Shown: positions 20,248-32,181, numbered from the stretch's first letter. The stretch: 64,000 nucleotides of DNA from Methanomassiliicoccaceae archaeon (GCA_963789555.1 CAWBKY010000001.1:24105-88104); one strand, 5' to 3'. Translations and numbers: made by a program. The notes: generated by a model from the letters alone, not told the origin.

Positions 20248-21647
20248 TTGACCCTGGAGATATATAACACTCTGACGAATGAGAAGGAGCCGTTCCTGCC
20301 CCTCGAGGACAAGAAGGTCAAGATGTACGTCTGCGGTGTCACCGTCTATGACGACATCCATATGGGCCACGCCCGCTCGATAATCACCTTCGACATGGTG
20401 GCTCGGTACCTCAGATACAAGGGCTACCAGGTCACCCATGTGACCAATTTCACCGATGTCGACGACAAGATCATCGACCGGGCAGCGGAGATGGGATTGG
20501 AACCGCTGGAGCTTTCCCAGATGTACATCGACCATTACTTCGAGGACGTAGAGCAGCTTGGGGTCAAGAAGGCGGACCTGTACCCAAAGGCGTCCGAGAG
20601 CATCGCCGACATCATAGAGATGGTGCAACGCATCGTGGAGGAGGGCAACGGCTACGTCACCTCTGACGGGAGCGTCTACCTGAGCGTGGAGAACTTCCCC
20701 GATTACGGAAAGCTCAGCGGCAACATCCTGGAGGACCTCAGCGCCGGGGCGAGGGTGAGCGTGGAGGAGGAGAAGCGCCATCCCATGGACTTCGCCCTGT
20801 GGAAGGGAGCGAAGCCAGGGGAGATCTCCTGGCCCAGCCCCTGGGGCGATGGCCGGCCGGGATGGCACATCGAGTGCTCGGCCATGATATACCGCTACCT
20901 GGGCGAGACGATCGACATCCATGGGGGCGGGAACGACCTGATATTCCCTCATCACGAGAACGAGATCCTGCAATCCGAGGCGGTGCTCCATCATCCCCTG
21001 TCCAAATATTGGATGCACAATGGCATGCTGCAGGTGCAGGACGCCAAGATGTCCAAGTCCTTGAAGAACTTCTTCACCGTGCGCACGGTGATGGACCTCT
21101 ACACCACCCAGGAGGTCAGGTTCTACTTCCTCAACACGCATTATCGCGGGCCGCTCAACTATAGCGAGGACGCCCTTAACGAGGCATGCGCCTCGCTGCG
21201 CCGACTGCAGCACACATACACCGAGCTCAAGGACTATCATCGAGACCGCCAGTGGCAGTTATGACTCCGAGGAGCTGATCAAGAAGACCAAGGCGGGCTT
21301 CTTGGAGCAGATGGACGACGATTTCAACACCCGGGGGGCCATCGCCGAACTGTTCGACCTGGCCCGGGAGACGAACAAACTGATGCACCACGAGATGCTC
21401 AGCAAGAAGGGCGCCAAGGGAATAATCGCCCTATTCGAGGAGTTCGACCAGATATTGGGAATACTGCCCGGCATGGAACATAGCCCGGACCAGTTCGATG
21501 ACATCATGGAGGTCATCATCAACATCCGGCAGGAACTGCGCAAACGGAAGCTGTACGACCTGGCGGATCAAGATAAGGGACTCCTTGGCAGAGAAGGGCG
21601 TCATCTTGGAGGACACCGCGGAAGGTGTCAAATGGAAGCTGGATTGA
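20248..21647 (+). pseudogene. cysS: cysteine--tRNA ligase; 2 frameshifts
   Basis: TTG start; YNTLT..., VCGVTVYDDIHMGHAR (HIGH), KMSKSLKN (KMSKS), FLEQMDDDFNT, end ..GVILEDTAEGVKWKLD*. Shifts near 21230 and 21565. Confidence 0.9.
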
Positions 21648-22675
21648 GCGGTGCGGAGAAGAAGGCCATCCTTTTGGCGGGAGGTTCGGTCCTCCTCCCC
21701 AAGGATTTTCATCTACCATTCAAGGCCAGCCGTTCCACCGCAGGTCCCGGGGCCGGGTCGGTCTCCGTGGTTTTCGCGTTCGAAGGCCTTCGGGTCAAGA
21801 AATCGATATCGCGCGAGCAAGGGGAGTTCGAGCTGCACGGAGACCGCCACCGGTCTGAGCATGACCCATCGCGGCAAGACCATTCCTGGACAAGGTCGAG
21901 ATACAGGCCAACCATCTATCATTCCCCGGAACAGGCCTTCATCAACCTGCACCAGGAGTGCATCTACGATTGCAAGTTCTGCACCTCGCCACGATTGGGC
22001 AAGGATGCCACCAAGGACCTGGACCTGGAAAAGGTCAGACGCATGATCAGGGAGGTGGCGGACCGGAAGGACCTCTGCGCCGTTTCCATAACCTCCGCGG
22101 TGGTCGGCTCGCCGAAGGCGACCATCGATGAGATGGTGGATGTCGTGCGAATGGTCCGCTCCGAGCTGGGAGACGACATCCCCATCGGTGTCGAGCCGTA
22201 CGTTTCCGAGCTGTCACAGATCGAAAGGCTCAAAGAGGCTGGGGCGGACGAGATCAAGATGAACGTGGAGACGTTCGACCCAGAGATATTCCAAAAGGTC
22301 TGTGGGGAGCTGGACCTGGATTGGATAATGGAGGCTCTGGGGCATGCGGTGGCGGTGTTCGGCCGGGGCAAGGTCACCACCAACATCATCTTCGGACTGG
22401 GGGAGAGCGACCGATCCATATTGGAAGGGGTGGAAAGGTTGGCGGGCATGGGCATCGTGCCCACCCTGCGCCCCCTCCGACTCAACGAGATCAACCGACC
22501 CGCCCTGGAGGAGGCCTTGGGGCCATTGGAACCGGTCAGTCTCAGAGAGGATCCTGAGCCTTTCCCGACGGTCAAAGGAGATACTGATCACGTCATGGGC
22601 TCACCCCGACCACTTATCAGGACCATGTGCCATCATTGCCGATGCTGCGACATCGTTCCGTTCGCGGACATCTGA
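21632..22675 (+). pseudogene. radical SAM protein (family not resolved); 2 or more frameshifts
   Basis: ECIYDCKFCTS (CxxxCxxC) and a TIM-barrel-like core (..AVSITSAVVG.., GADEIKMNVETFD, TTNIIFGLGES). The C-terminal part switches frames twice (near 22535 and 22590) to end ..TMCHHCRCCDIVPFADI*. The N-terminal about 90 aa may hide further shifts. Confidence 0.6.
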
Positions 22676-22790
22676 AGGTATTTTAGGTTCCAATGATAAT
22701 ATCAGGACCGATCGGCATTAGGCCAGTCATTCGATTATTTCAGTAGATTTTTTTTAGGGCCTTACCAAGATACCTTTAGAAAAGACACCT

Positions 22791-22819
22791 ATATATACTA
22801 AAAGTTAGGTCGCTCCTAA
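22791..22819. promoter_or_regulatory. TATA-like box and TTAGG-N5-CCTAA inverted repeat (candidate DtxR-family operator)
   Basis: ATATATACT at 22791-22799 and the perfect inverted repeat TTAGG-TCGCT-CCTAA at 22805-22819, ending 4 nt before the ATG of the DtxR-like gene. The arms match the outer half-site bases of the classical DtxR/IdeR box TWAGGTTAGSCTAACCTWA. Confidence 0.4.
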
Positions 22820-22823
22820 AACG

Positions 22824-23226
22824 ATGGTCAGTGAGAACGTCGAGGAATATCTCGAGTGCATATGGGAACTGTCCCAGAGGTCCAGTCCGGTCAAGACCAA
22901 CGACATCGCCAAAAAGATGGGGGTGACGCCAGCTAGCGTCACTGAGATGTTGCAGACGGTTGGCGGAGATGGGCTATGTCAACTACGAGAGGTACCATGG
23001 CGTCACCCTGACCCTGGAAGGGGAACGCATCGGCGCCAAGATCAAGCGCAAGCATCGGCTCATGGAGCGATTCCTGGTGGACATCATCGGTCTGGACAAG
23101 GCAGAGAGCCACAAGGAGGCCTGTCGCCTGGAGCACACGCTCTCGGACGAGAGCGAGAAGCGCATCTGCCAGATGATGAACAATCCCAAGACCTGTCCCG
23201 ATGGCGACCCCATCCCATGCCTGTGA
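22824..23226 (+). pseudogene. DtxR/MntR-family metal-dependent transcriptional repressor; one frameshift
   Basis: MVSENVEEYLECIWELSQ...TNDIAKKMGVTPASVTEMLQ / LAEMGYVNYERYHGVTLTLEGERIGAKIKRKHRLMERFL...CPDGDPIP. Shift near 22955. Confidence 0.8.
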
Positions 23227-23239
23227 TCAGGATTGTCGC

Positions 23240-23528
23240 ATGTGCATCTCTGAGCCCTCCATCCCTTTGACCGAGGTGGGAAAGGGAGAGATGGCCGTCA
23301 TCACCCACCTTCGTCTGCGAGGACACCGGCAAGATGAGGCGGGTCATCGCCATGGGCCTGGTCCCGGGAAGGAACATCTGTGTGGAGGACAAGCTCCCCA
23401 TGGGCGGCCCGATCGTCCTCAACGTAGAGGATTGCAAGATCGCCTTGGCCAAGGACTACGCACGCTTGGTGCATGTTTTGCCGAAGGGTAGATGCAACCC
23501 AAGGAAAGGGGCGGAAATCACATCATGA
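23240..23528 (+). pseudogene. feoA: FeoA family protein; one frameshift
   Basis: MCISEPSIPLTEVGKGEMAVITH / VCEDTGKMRRVIAMGLVPGRNICVEDKLPMGGPIVLNVEDCKIALAKDYARLVHV. Shift near 23308. The stop overlaps the feoB ATG (ATGA at 23525). Confidence 0.7.
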
Positions 23529-25448
23529 GCGGGTCTATCCAAGTGGCCTTGCTCGGCCACCCCAACGTAGGAAAGTCGGTGGTTTTCAGCAAGCTGACGC
23601 AGGGTGAACGCCACCTCCTCGAACTATCCTGGGACCACGGTGGAATTCCAGGAGGGGCGGCTGATACGAAATGGCCAAGAGATGATCCTCTACGACCTTC
23701 CTGGCACCTACGGACTTACGGGCGCGACCGAGGACGAGCTGGTGGCGACCAAGCTCCTATCGGAGAAGAGGCCCGATTGCGTCCTGGTCATCGCCGACGC
23801 CTCCCGATTGGAGCCTGGCCTGGTCCTGCTCTACCAGGTCCTGGAGCTTGGTTACCGGACCGTGCTGGTCTTGAACCAGATGGATGTGGCGAAGAAGCGG
23901 TTCAAGATCGACATCGACCGACTGAGGTCGAACCTCAAGGTGCCCGTCGTCCCCACCGTGGCCATAACCGGCGAGGGTCTGGAGGAGCTCGTCGATATCG
24001 TCGCCTCGATGGACATACCTCAATCCGATTTCAAGGTCCGTTACGATTCGCACATAGAGGAGATGTTGGTCCGTCTCTCCTCCCAAGTGCCGCCCTATTC
24101 CATCAGCTATCCTCTACGAGGGGCCTTGCTCCAGCTGCTGGAAGGCAATGAGCATTTCACGGCCCAGTTCACCCCCGAGCTCAAGGCCATGGCATCGAGG
24201 GAGATGGAGGAGTTCCAGGAACAGCACGGCGAGGACATCCAGGTCCACATCAATCGAGATAGGTATGGAGAGGCGGGCCGGATCATCTCCGAGGTAGTGG
24301 GCCGCATCCCCCGTCCGCTGTCCCGCAAGGAGAGGTTCTCCGACCTGACGCTCCGGCAATGGCCTGGCATCCCCATACTGATCGGTGTGCTGCTCGGCGT
24401 CTTCCTGGCCGTGGTGTTCGTCGGAGGGTTCCTCGAGACGGTCCTGGTCAGCATCTACGACGATCTGACCGCCGGGTTCTTCGAATGGATGGCGGAGGCG
24501 ATCGGGGGGCAGCTGGGAGAGGCGATTTCGCAGGCCTTGTATCTCACATTCCTGTCGGTCATCGCCATCGTCATCCCGTACATCATCCTGTTCTACCTCA
24601 TACTGGCGGCCCTGGAGGACTCAGGCTACCTGCCCCGGGTGGTCATTCTCCTCGATGGTCTGATGCGCAAGATCGGATTGAGCGGACAATCGGCCATACC
24701 CATGGTGGTGGGCACAGGATGCAACGTGCCGGCCATCCTCTCCACCCGGGTGCTCGGGTCCAGGAGGGAACGGCTGATATTGGCCACCGTGATCATCCTG
24801 GCCGTGCCATGCAGCGCCCAGACCGTGGTCATACTGGGCACGGTCGGTCAGTACAACGGGATCATCTGGGTGGCGGCCATCTATGCCATCCTCCTCGCCC
24901 TCATAATCATTGCCGCCTTCCTCATGAACCGGGCCATGAAGGAGGAGCCCATCGGCCTGATGTTCGAGGTCCCGGAGCTGGCCGTCCCGCGGTTGGACAA
25001 TGTCCTAAGGAAGACCTATAACCGGACCAAGGATTTTTTCGTCATCGCCTTCCCCATCCTCCTCGTGACCAGCCTGGTGCTGGAGCTGCTCATGGCCTAC
25101 GGATTGCTCGACCAGATCGTGGAACCATTGGGCTTCATCACGGAAGGTCTGCTCGGTCTGCCTGCGATAACCGCGATCGCCCTGCTCTTCGGGATCCTGA
25201 GGAAGGAGATGGCCCTCCAGCTCCTGGTGGTCCTGTTCGGCACGTCCGATTTCGCTTTGTACATGACCACCCAGCAATTCTTCGTGTTCGCCTTGGTCAT
25301 GGCCACCTACATACCCTGCGTTTCCGCACTGAGCGTGCTCTTCAAGGAGTTCGGGTCCAAGGACGCCGCCAAGATAACGCTGGGCTCGCTCGGCATCTCG
25401 CTGGCGTTGGGAGGGGCGGCCAATTACATCCTCTCCGCCCTCATGTGA
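23525..25448 (+). pseudogene. feoB: ferrous iron transporter FeoB; one frameshift near the 5' end
   Basis: MSGSIQVALLGHPNVGKSVVFSKLTQ (G1 motif) / NATSSNYPGTTVEF...DLPGTYGL...NQMD, then a large polytopic membrane domain. Junction at GGG 23602-23604 (one G too many). Confidence 0.9.
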
Positions 25449-25487
25449 GGGCCAGATGATATATATCCCGAGGCATTCCAGTGGGCG

Positions 25488-26112
25488 ATGTATGAGGTCC
25501 TCTTCGGGTCCGCCCTGGTGCTCAGTCTCATATTCTGTGCCACTCCCGGGGCGGTGAACACCGAGGCTTTGAGGCGGGGGGTCGCAGGCGGTTTCCATCG
25601 CGCCTTATTTCTCGAGCTAGGCTCATGCATCGGGGACATGGCCTGGGCCATCACTCGCCTTGGTCGGCCTGGCGATCATGGTGGACAACGATATCGCCCG
25701 GATCATTTTGGGGCTGGCCGGCGGCGCGTTGTTGCTCTACCTCGCTTACAAAGGTTTCGCGGACGCCAGGAAGGGCGGCATGCCGGAAGGGGAGGTGCGC
25801 GCCGGTCGATCCGACTTCGCCACCGGGGCCTTGATATCCTTGGGGAACCCCTTCCAGTTCGCTTTCTGGATCGGCATCGGAGGCTCTGCCATCGCGGTCA
25901 TCGTGCCAGACCCTCAGCTGACCGATTTCGTGGTCTTCTACCTGGGATATCTCGCTGGATGCATCATTTGGTGCTTCGCTTATTCGGGGCTCATCGCCTA
26001 TGGCCGGAGGTTCATCACCCCGCGCCTGTTCCAAGCGGTCAACGTGATATGCGCGTTGGTCCTCACCTATTTCGCCCTGGCATTGCTCTGGGCCACCTTC
26101 GTTGCGGAATGA
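25488..26112 (+). pseudogene. LysE/RhtB family amino-acid exporter; one frameshift
   Basis: MYEVLFGSALVLSLIFCATPGAVNTEALRRG... / ..LVGLAIMVDNDIARIILGLAGGALLLYLAYKGF...NPFQFAFW. Shift near 25655. Confidence 0.7.
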
Positions 26113-26223
26113 GCGGATGGTCAGAGACATCCTCGACCCAGTGAGCCGGATTCTCGTTGAGACGCGAACGCATCGCTCTCATATCTGGACACATTATTGG
26201 CCAGTATGGAGGCGTCTGAGCCA

Positions 26224-27918
26224 TCAGTTATGCGTATAGTACGCCACCACCTTCGGGCTGACCTTCTCGATGCGAACGAAGCCGAAACGCTCGAATTGGA
26301 CGGGTTTCCGACCTCTGAATCGGGCAAGGGCTCGGCATAACCCTCCTTCTTGGTCCCGTCCGGCATATGCACCTCACATGGCCTGGCATAGTCAGGCACC
26401 CAGTTTATTATCTTGACCTTCTCCTTGAGGATGGCGAGGTCGTTGCCGATGTACTTCCCCTTGCCATGCACGATCTCCACGTTGCACAGGTCCTTGAGGC
26501 GGACCTTGCCTCGCTCGGAGGCCTGGACCAGGTCGGCCTCGACCACGTGCACCATGATGGGCTTGCCCTTCAGCACATGATGCCGAACGCCCCTCTCCGG
26601 ATGGTCGGGATGCAATGGGGCCTTGGATTCCAGATGGTCCACGCCGCACACGTCCAACGGTTGCGGGTCCCACACGAACGAATAGCGGTTGGCCAAGGTA
26701 TCGATTATATCGCGATTGTAGGCGTACAGCGAGTCCCATGAGAACTCTATGTCCACCTCCTTGATGCCGCAGTCCACCCAGAAGGAGCGGATGGCCTCAG
26801 GTCTGATGCCCCGCTTTCCCATGGCCCTTACCGTTCCGAGACGCACATCGTCCCAGCCAGTGTACTCTCCGCTCTTGATGCCCTTGCCCACCGTGGAGGT
26901 CTTCAATATGGCGTCGGGTATGGAGACCAGTCCATAGTGGTGGTACCAGGGCATCTTCCAGCCGAAGTAGTTGAACAGGTACTCCTGCCTCAGGGTGTTG
27001 TTGAGGTGGTCCTTGCCCCGGATGACATGGGTCAGGCCCAAGGAATGGTCGTCCACCGCCACGCAGAAGTTCATCATGGGATAGACGCAGTACCTGGTGC
27101 CGGTGCGGGGATGCGGGGTGCTGGTGACTATACGGAAACCGACGAAGTCCCTGATCGCGGGATTGGGGTGGTGCAGGTCGGTCTTGACCACGAACACCGC
27201 CTTCTCCTCTCCGTAGTGGCCAGCGAGCATCCTCTCCCACTGTTCCATCTGCACCTCCTTAGGAAGGTCCCGGTGCGGACAAGGCCTGGACTCCTCCTTC
27301 GATCTTGCGCCAATCCTCGACCGGACAGGTGCAGATATAGGCATGGCCCTTCTCGATGAGCTGTCGGGCCAGGTCGTAGTAGAACTCGAAACGGTCGCTT
27401 TGGATGACGGTCTGGTGCACCTTGACCCCCATCCACTCCAGGTCCTGGGGGATCATATCATAGGCGTCAGGGTCGATCTTGTCCGGGTTGGTGTCCTCCA
27501 CCCGGTTGATGAACTTGCCATCGTAGCGCTTGCAGTACTCGTCGTTGAGAATGGCCACCCGGGTGTGCCCGAGGTGCAAAGGACCGGATGGCCCGGGAGC
27601 GAAACGCATGACCACCTTCCCCTGCACCGCGTCCGGCAGGTCGGGCAGCTTGTGCACCCGTTCCACCTTCTCCTTCCTCTCCATGAGCGAGGCGTCGATC
27701 GACTCCAGCATCCGCTTCTGTTCCTCCACCTCCATGGAGTTCACGCGGGCCACGATGGTCTCGATGGCCGGGATGACCTCCTTGGCGTTCTTGCGCAGCT
27801 CGGGCTGCTCGGCCATGACCTTGCCCTGAACGGCCTTGAGGTTGGCCTTCCCCCCATAGAGGAATGCGTTCTGCAGGGCGTACTTCAGGATGACGTTCTC
27901 GATGCTAGGGTCGACCAT
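26224..27918 (-). pseudogene. gltX: glutamate--tRNA ligase (archaeal type); 2 frameshifts
   Basis: VVMRFAPGPSGPLHLGHTR (HIGH region), NRVEDTNP, GLTHVIRGKDHLNNT. The C-terminus ..VQFERFGFVRIEKVSPKVVAYYTHN* is in another frame. Shifts near 27300 and 26305. Confidence 0.9.
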
Positions 27919-28003
27919 CTTTCCGCCGATGGCGGAGACCTCACAAAAATCTTTGCACCGCACCGGGCAATGATTGATATGTGGCAAAAGGGATGACCCG
28001 CCC

Positions 28004-29277
28004 ATGTCCATGAGAGGACTTCTCGCCCACTTCGACGACCTCGTCACCATCGACCGTCCGGTCAAGGCGGATCTGGAACCGACCAAGATCCTCATGGCGG
28101 ACCAACGCCGGCCAGTTCTCTTCGAGGACCTGAACGGCGGAAGGGCGGCGGGGAACCTCTGGTCCGACCGGGGCGAGGGTCGCCAAGGCCCTAGGTCTGG
28201 AGAAGGAGAAGCTCACTCCGGCCTTGGTGAACGCCCTGTCCCATCCCCGTAAGCCCAGGCAGGTGGAGAGAGGCGAGTGGCGGGACAATGTGGTGAAGGA
28301 GATCGACCTCTTCAAATTGCCCATCCCGAAATATTTCCCGAAGGACGGGGGCCGTTACGTCACCGCGGGAGTGGCGGTGGCCGATTTCGAGGGCAAGCGG
28401 AACATCTCATTCCATAGGCTGATGGTGCTGGGCAAGGACCGGTTCGCCATCCGGCTGGTGCCAAGGCATCTTTTCACCATGCACCAGATGAGCCAGAAGC
28501 AAGGGAAGGACCTGAAGGTGGCGTTCTGCGTCGGCGTTTGTCCCTCGGTGCTGCTGGCAGCGGCGGTATCCACCGATTATGCCGTGGACGAGATGGAGGT
28601 GGCCTCGGCCATACGGTTCCAAGGGCTGAAGCAAGAGGTGGAGGTCGCCCAGACCGACACTGGCCTTTGGGTGCCAGCCCATGCGGAGTATGTCATCGAA
28701 GGGTCGTCTCACCTCGGAGGTCGTTGACGAGGGTCCGTTCGTCGATATCACCGGGACCTACGATTCGATCCGGAGCCAACCGGTGTTCCAGGTGGACAAG
28801 ATCTACCACCGGAACGACCCCATATTCCATCTGGTGCTGCCAGGCGGTTTGGAGCATTACCTCTTGATGGGGCTGCCCAGGGAACCGGTGATCTTCAAGA
28901 CGGTGCGTCAGGTCGTGCCCCGCGTGCATGGGGTCCGCCTCACCGAGGGAGGATGCTGCTGGCTGCACGGGGTGGTCTCCATCACCAAGAACAAGGAGGG
29001 GGATGCCATGAACGCGGCGATGGCCGCTTTCACCGGTCATCCATCCATGAAGAAGGTCATCATCGTCGACCAAGACATCGACATATATAACGACCAGGAG
29101 GTCGAATGGGCCGAGGCGACAAGGTTCCAGGCGAAGGACCGCCTGCTCGTCGTCAACAACGCCGCCGGTTCATCGCTCGATCCCAGCACCGACGGTACGA
29201 CATCGAAGGTGGCGATCGATGCCACGAAGCCTCTGGGCGTCAAGGAAGGGTTCGAGAAGGCCATACTGGACAAATGA
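28004..29277 (+). pseudogene. UbiD-family (prenylated-FMN-dependent) decarboxylase; 2 frameshifts
   Basis: MSMRGLLAHFDDLVTIDRPV... / ..FKLPIPKYFPKDGGRYVTAGVAV..ISFHRLMV... / ..[13 protein letters not shown]...[10 protein letters not shown]...[14 protein letters not shown]. Shifts near 28150 and 28705. Confidence 0.8.
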
Positions 29278-30056
29278 AAGGGACTCTCATGATCTTCTTC
29301 TTCTCAGGGACCGGTAACTCGCGGGCGGCGGCAGAGGCGTTGGGCAAGGAGCTGGGCGAAAAGGTGGCCGACATCACAGAGGCCACCCGAAAGCGCGAGT
29401 TCACCTACCACGTCTCGGAAGGGGAGAAGGTGGGGTTCGTGTTCCCAGCCTATTTCTACGGAGCGCCAACAATAGTGGACGAATTCGTCCATCACATGAG
29501 ACTGGAAGGGTCCAAGGACCCATACGTCTTTTGCATCATCACCTGCGGCGAGAGGATCGCCGCTGCGGACAGGCAGTTCGCCAAGATGCTAGGAAGGAGA
29601 GGCCTCCCCCTTCGTTGCACGTATCCTCTGGTGATGCCGAACAACTCCGTCCTGTGGTATGAGCTGCCCACCCCGGAGCAGCAGGTCAAGGGGCTGGCGG
29701 ATGCGGACGCGGATATGATCAAAATAGCAACTGCGATCAGAAAAGGGGAGGTCGGTGGTTATTCGTCAGGGCTGGGTTCGAGGCTGAAAACCTCGTTCAT
29801 GCAATCACTGTACAAGCATGGCAGGAAGACGGCGAAGTTCCACGCGGAGGATACCTGCACCGGTTGCGGTCTATGCGCGCGCAACTGCCCCATCGGCGCG
29901 ATAAGGATCGATGAAAAAAGGCCCCAGTGGGTGGCGGAACGGTGCGTCCTCTGTCTCGCATGCATCAACCGTTGCCCCGTAACTGCGATCCAGTATGGCA
30001 ACGCCACGAAGAACAGGCGCCGCTATGTGAATCCCATCTTGAGGAAGGGCCTGTAG
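29274..30056 (+). CDS. flavodoxin-like domain fused to 2x[4Fe-4S] ferredoxin domain (EFR1-like)
   Basis: [21 protein letters not shown]... N-terminal half; the C-terminal half has [12 protein letters not shown] and [12 protein letters not shown]. The ATG overlaps the UbiD-like stop (ATGA at 29274-29277). Confidence 0.7.
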   Translation: MKGTLMIFFFSGTGNSRAAAEALGKELGEKVADITEATRKREFTYHVSEGEKVGFVFPAYFYGAPTIVDEFVHHMRLEGSKDPYVFCIITCGERIAAADRQFAKMLGRRGLPLRCTYPLVMPNNSVLWYELPTPEQQVKGLADADADMIKIATAIRKGEVGGYSSGLGSRLKTSFMQSLYKHGRKTAKFHAEDTCTGCGLCARNCPIGAIRIDEKRPQWVAERCVLCLACINRCPVTAIQYGNATKNRRRYVNPILRKGL

Positions 30057-30215
30057 GGATGTTCTTATCCTTCCACACGATCCAGCATTGTATCGGACCC
30101 TACTTCGATCTCTCGCTTCGAGATCAATTTTCGTTAATTTTAAAATATTATAAAAGCGATGGTATAAATAAGTCCCAGACCTTTGACGATCAGAGAAAAT
30201 CTGAAGGGTCGAGCC

Positions 30216-30812
30216 ATGAACGAGGTACTGAAGAATATCTACGGCAGAAGGTCGGTGCGGGCATATTCCGATGAGCTAGTCTCAGAAGAAGCGATCAAGG
30301 AGATAATCAAGGCGGGGTTCCACGCGCCGAACGGAATGAACGTTCAGGCGCTCCGATTCGTGGTGGTGCAGAAACGTGAGTTATTGACGCAGTACTCCGA
30401 GATCGGTAAGAGGATGTCCATTGCGAATTTCAAGAACAGGCTCGAAGCGGCCGTCCCGCAGGAAAGGATGGGCCTGGAACGCCTGATCGAGAACCTCAGC
30501 AATCCCAAGTTCGATATATTCTACGGCGCTCCAGTATTGATATTGGTCTTTGCCGCGCCTGGAGCGTTGACACCGAACGAGGACGGCGCGCTGGCGGCGG
30601 AGAACATGATGCTCGCGGCGCACTCGCTGGGGATAGGCAGCTGTTGGATAGGGTTCGCCGGGGCCTTGGGCTACAGCCCTGATGTGATGAAGGAGCTGAA
30701 CGTTCCCTCGGACCACAAGCTCATCGCCCCGCTGATATTCGGTCATCCGAAGAAAGGGGACATGGCCCCACCGCAGAGGATGGAAGCGCCCATCATCAAA
30801 TGGATAAAGTGA
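30216..30812 (+). CDS. nitroreductase family protein
   Basis: MNEVLKNIYGRRSVRAYSD...APNGMNVQALRFVVV...AENMMLAAHSLGIGSCWIG... Confidence 0.8.
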   Translation: MNEVLKNIYGRRSVRAYSDELVSEEAIKEIIKAGFHAPNGMNVQALRFVVVQKRELLTQYSEIGKRMSIANFKNRLEAAVPQERMGLERLIENLSNPKFDIFYGAPVLILVFAAPGALTPNEDGALAAENMMLAAHSLGIGSCWIGFAGALGYSPDVMKELNVPSDHKLIAPLIFGHPKKGDMAPPQRMEAPIIKWIK

Positions 30813-30830
30813 TCGTAGGACGGAGGGACC

Positions 30831-32137
30831 TTAGACCTTCCTACGGTCTATGGTCTTGTCCCTCTCCTTTCCGATGCTGATGATGCTGGCCCTCACTCGG
30901 CTTCGCTCCTCGACGAACTTCACATAGGACCGAAGGTTCTTGGGAAGGGCCTCGAAGCCCCTCTCGATCATACGCTTCGCCTCCCTATCGTCCCACTCCT
31001 CCCAACCGTCAAGCTCCTCGTAGATAGGCTCCGCCCTCTGCAGAGCCCTCAAGGAGGCCGGGAAGTGGTCCACCACCGTGCCATCGATATCATAGGCGAT
31101 GGCCACCTTGATCTTCTTCATCCCGCACAGCACGTCGAGCTTCGTGATCGCCAATTGGGTCAGTCCATTGAGTCGAACGGCATGCTCGACGATGACCATG
31201 TCCAACCAGCCACAGCGCCTGGGGCGCCCGGTGGTGGCACCGAACTCGCCTCCCTTGTTCATCAGGTCCGTCCCGGTCTGATCCGACAGCTCGGTCGGGA
31301 AAGGCCCGGCACCCACCCTGGTGGTATAGGCCTTCATTACCCCCAGCACTTCCTGCACCTTGTTGGGGCCGACACCGACCCCGGTGCATATGCCCCCAGC
31401 GATGCAGTTGGACGACGTGACATATGGATAGGTGCCATGGTCTATGTCGAGCATCGTCCCCTGGGCCCCCTCGAACATGACCTTCTTGCCCTTCTCGATG
31501 GCCTGGTTCACCAGGACCGAGGTGTCCGTGATGTAGGGGCGCAACATCTCGCCCATGGACAGGAGCTCCTTCAGCAAAACCTCCTTCGAGGTCGATCTCC
31601 GGTCCACCCAAGCACGGCGATCTGCTTCTCCTTGATGGGGTGGACCAGGTCCAGCCTCTCCCGGAGGCCTTCCTCGTCCAGAAGGTCGCTCACCCGGATC
31701 CCGTACCGGGCGATCTTGTCCGAATAGCATGGGCCGATGCCTCGACCGGTGGTCCCGACCCCCTTGTCTCCCCGGTTCCTTTCCTCGGCCCCATCCAGGA
31801 GACGATGGTAACTGACGATGACATTGGCACGGTCGGAGATGCGCAGTCCTTCGACGGAGTGGCCCTTGGCCTTGACGGCGTCCATCTCCTTCATCAGCTC
31901 ATGCGGGTCGATCACCACACCGTTGCCGATGACGTTGATGATCCAAGGGCGCAAGATCCCCGATGGCAGGAGGTGCAGGGCGAAGGTCTCCGCACCGATC
32001 TTGATGGTATGCCCGGCGTTGTTGCCACCCTGGTAACGCACCACGAGGTCGGCGTTCTCAGCAAGGTAATCGGTTATCTTCCCCTTCCCTTCGTCCCCCC
32101 ACTGGGTACCAACGACGGCGATGGTAGGCAATATCAC
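30831..32137 (-). pseudogene. purA: adenylosuccinate synthetase; 2 closely spaced frameshifts
   Basis: VVGTQWGDEGKGKITD, GGNNAGHT, GTTGRGIGPCY, ATTGRPRRCGW. Between 31612 and 31581 the reading goes A>C>B. Removing one G from GGG (plus-strand CCC 31607-09) and one from GAAGGAG (plus 31581-87) restores ..VLGGPEIDLEEVLLKELLS.. Confidence 0.9.
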
Positions 32138-32181
32138 ACCATTCCTCGCCTAATCCCTGACTCAGATAAATGGTTTTGGCC

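Noticed and set aside
20233-21240. 335-aa minus-strand ORF
   Set aside because: It lies exactly antisense to cysS, which has unmistakable HIGH/KMSKS motifs on the plus strand. Its translation is low-complexity and rich in L/V/H/G/R. This is the typical shadow ORF of a GC-rich genome.
22824-23528. Single DtxR-FeoA fusion protein
   Set aside because: An in-frame stop (TGA 23224-26) follows the DtxR C-terminus (..CPDGDPIPCL*), and a separate ATG (23240) opens a typical about 95-aa FeoA. Two genes is the simpler reading.
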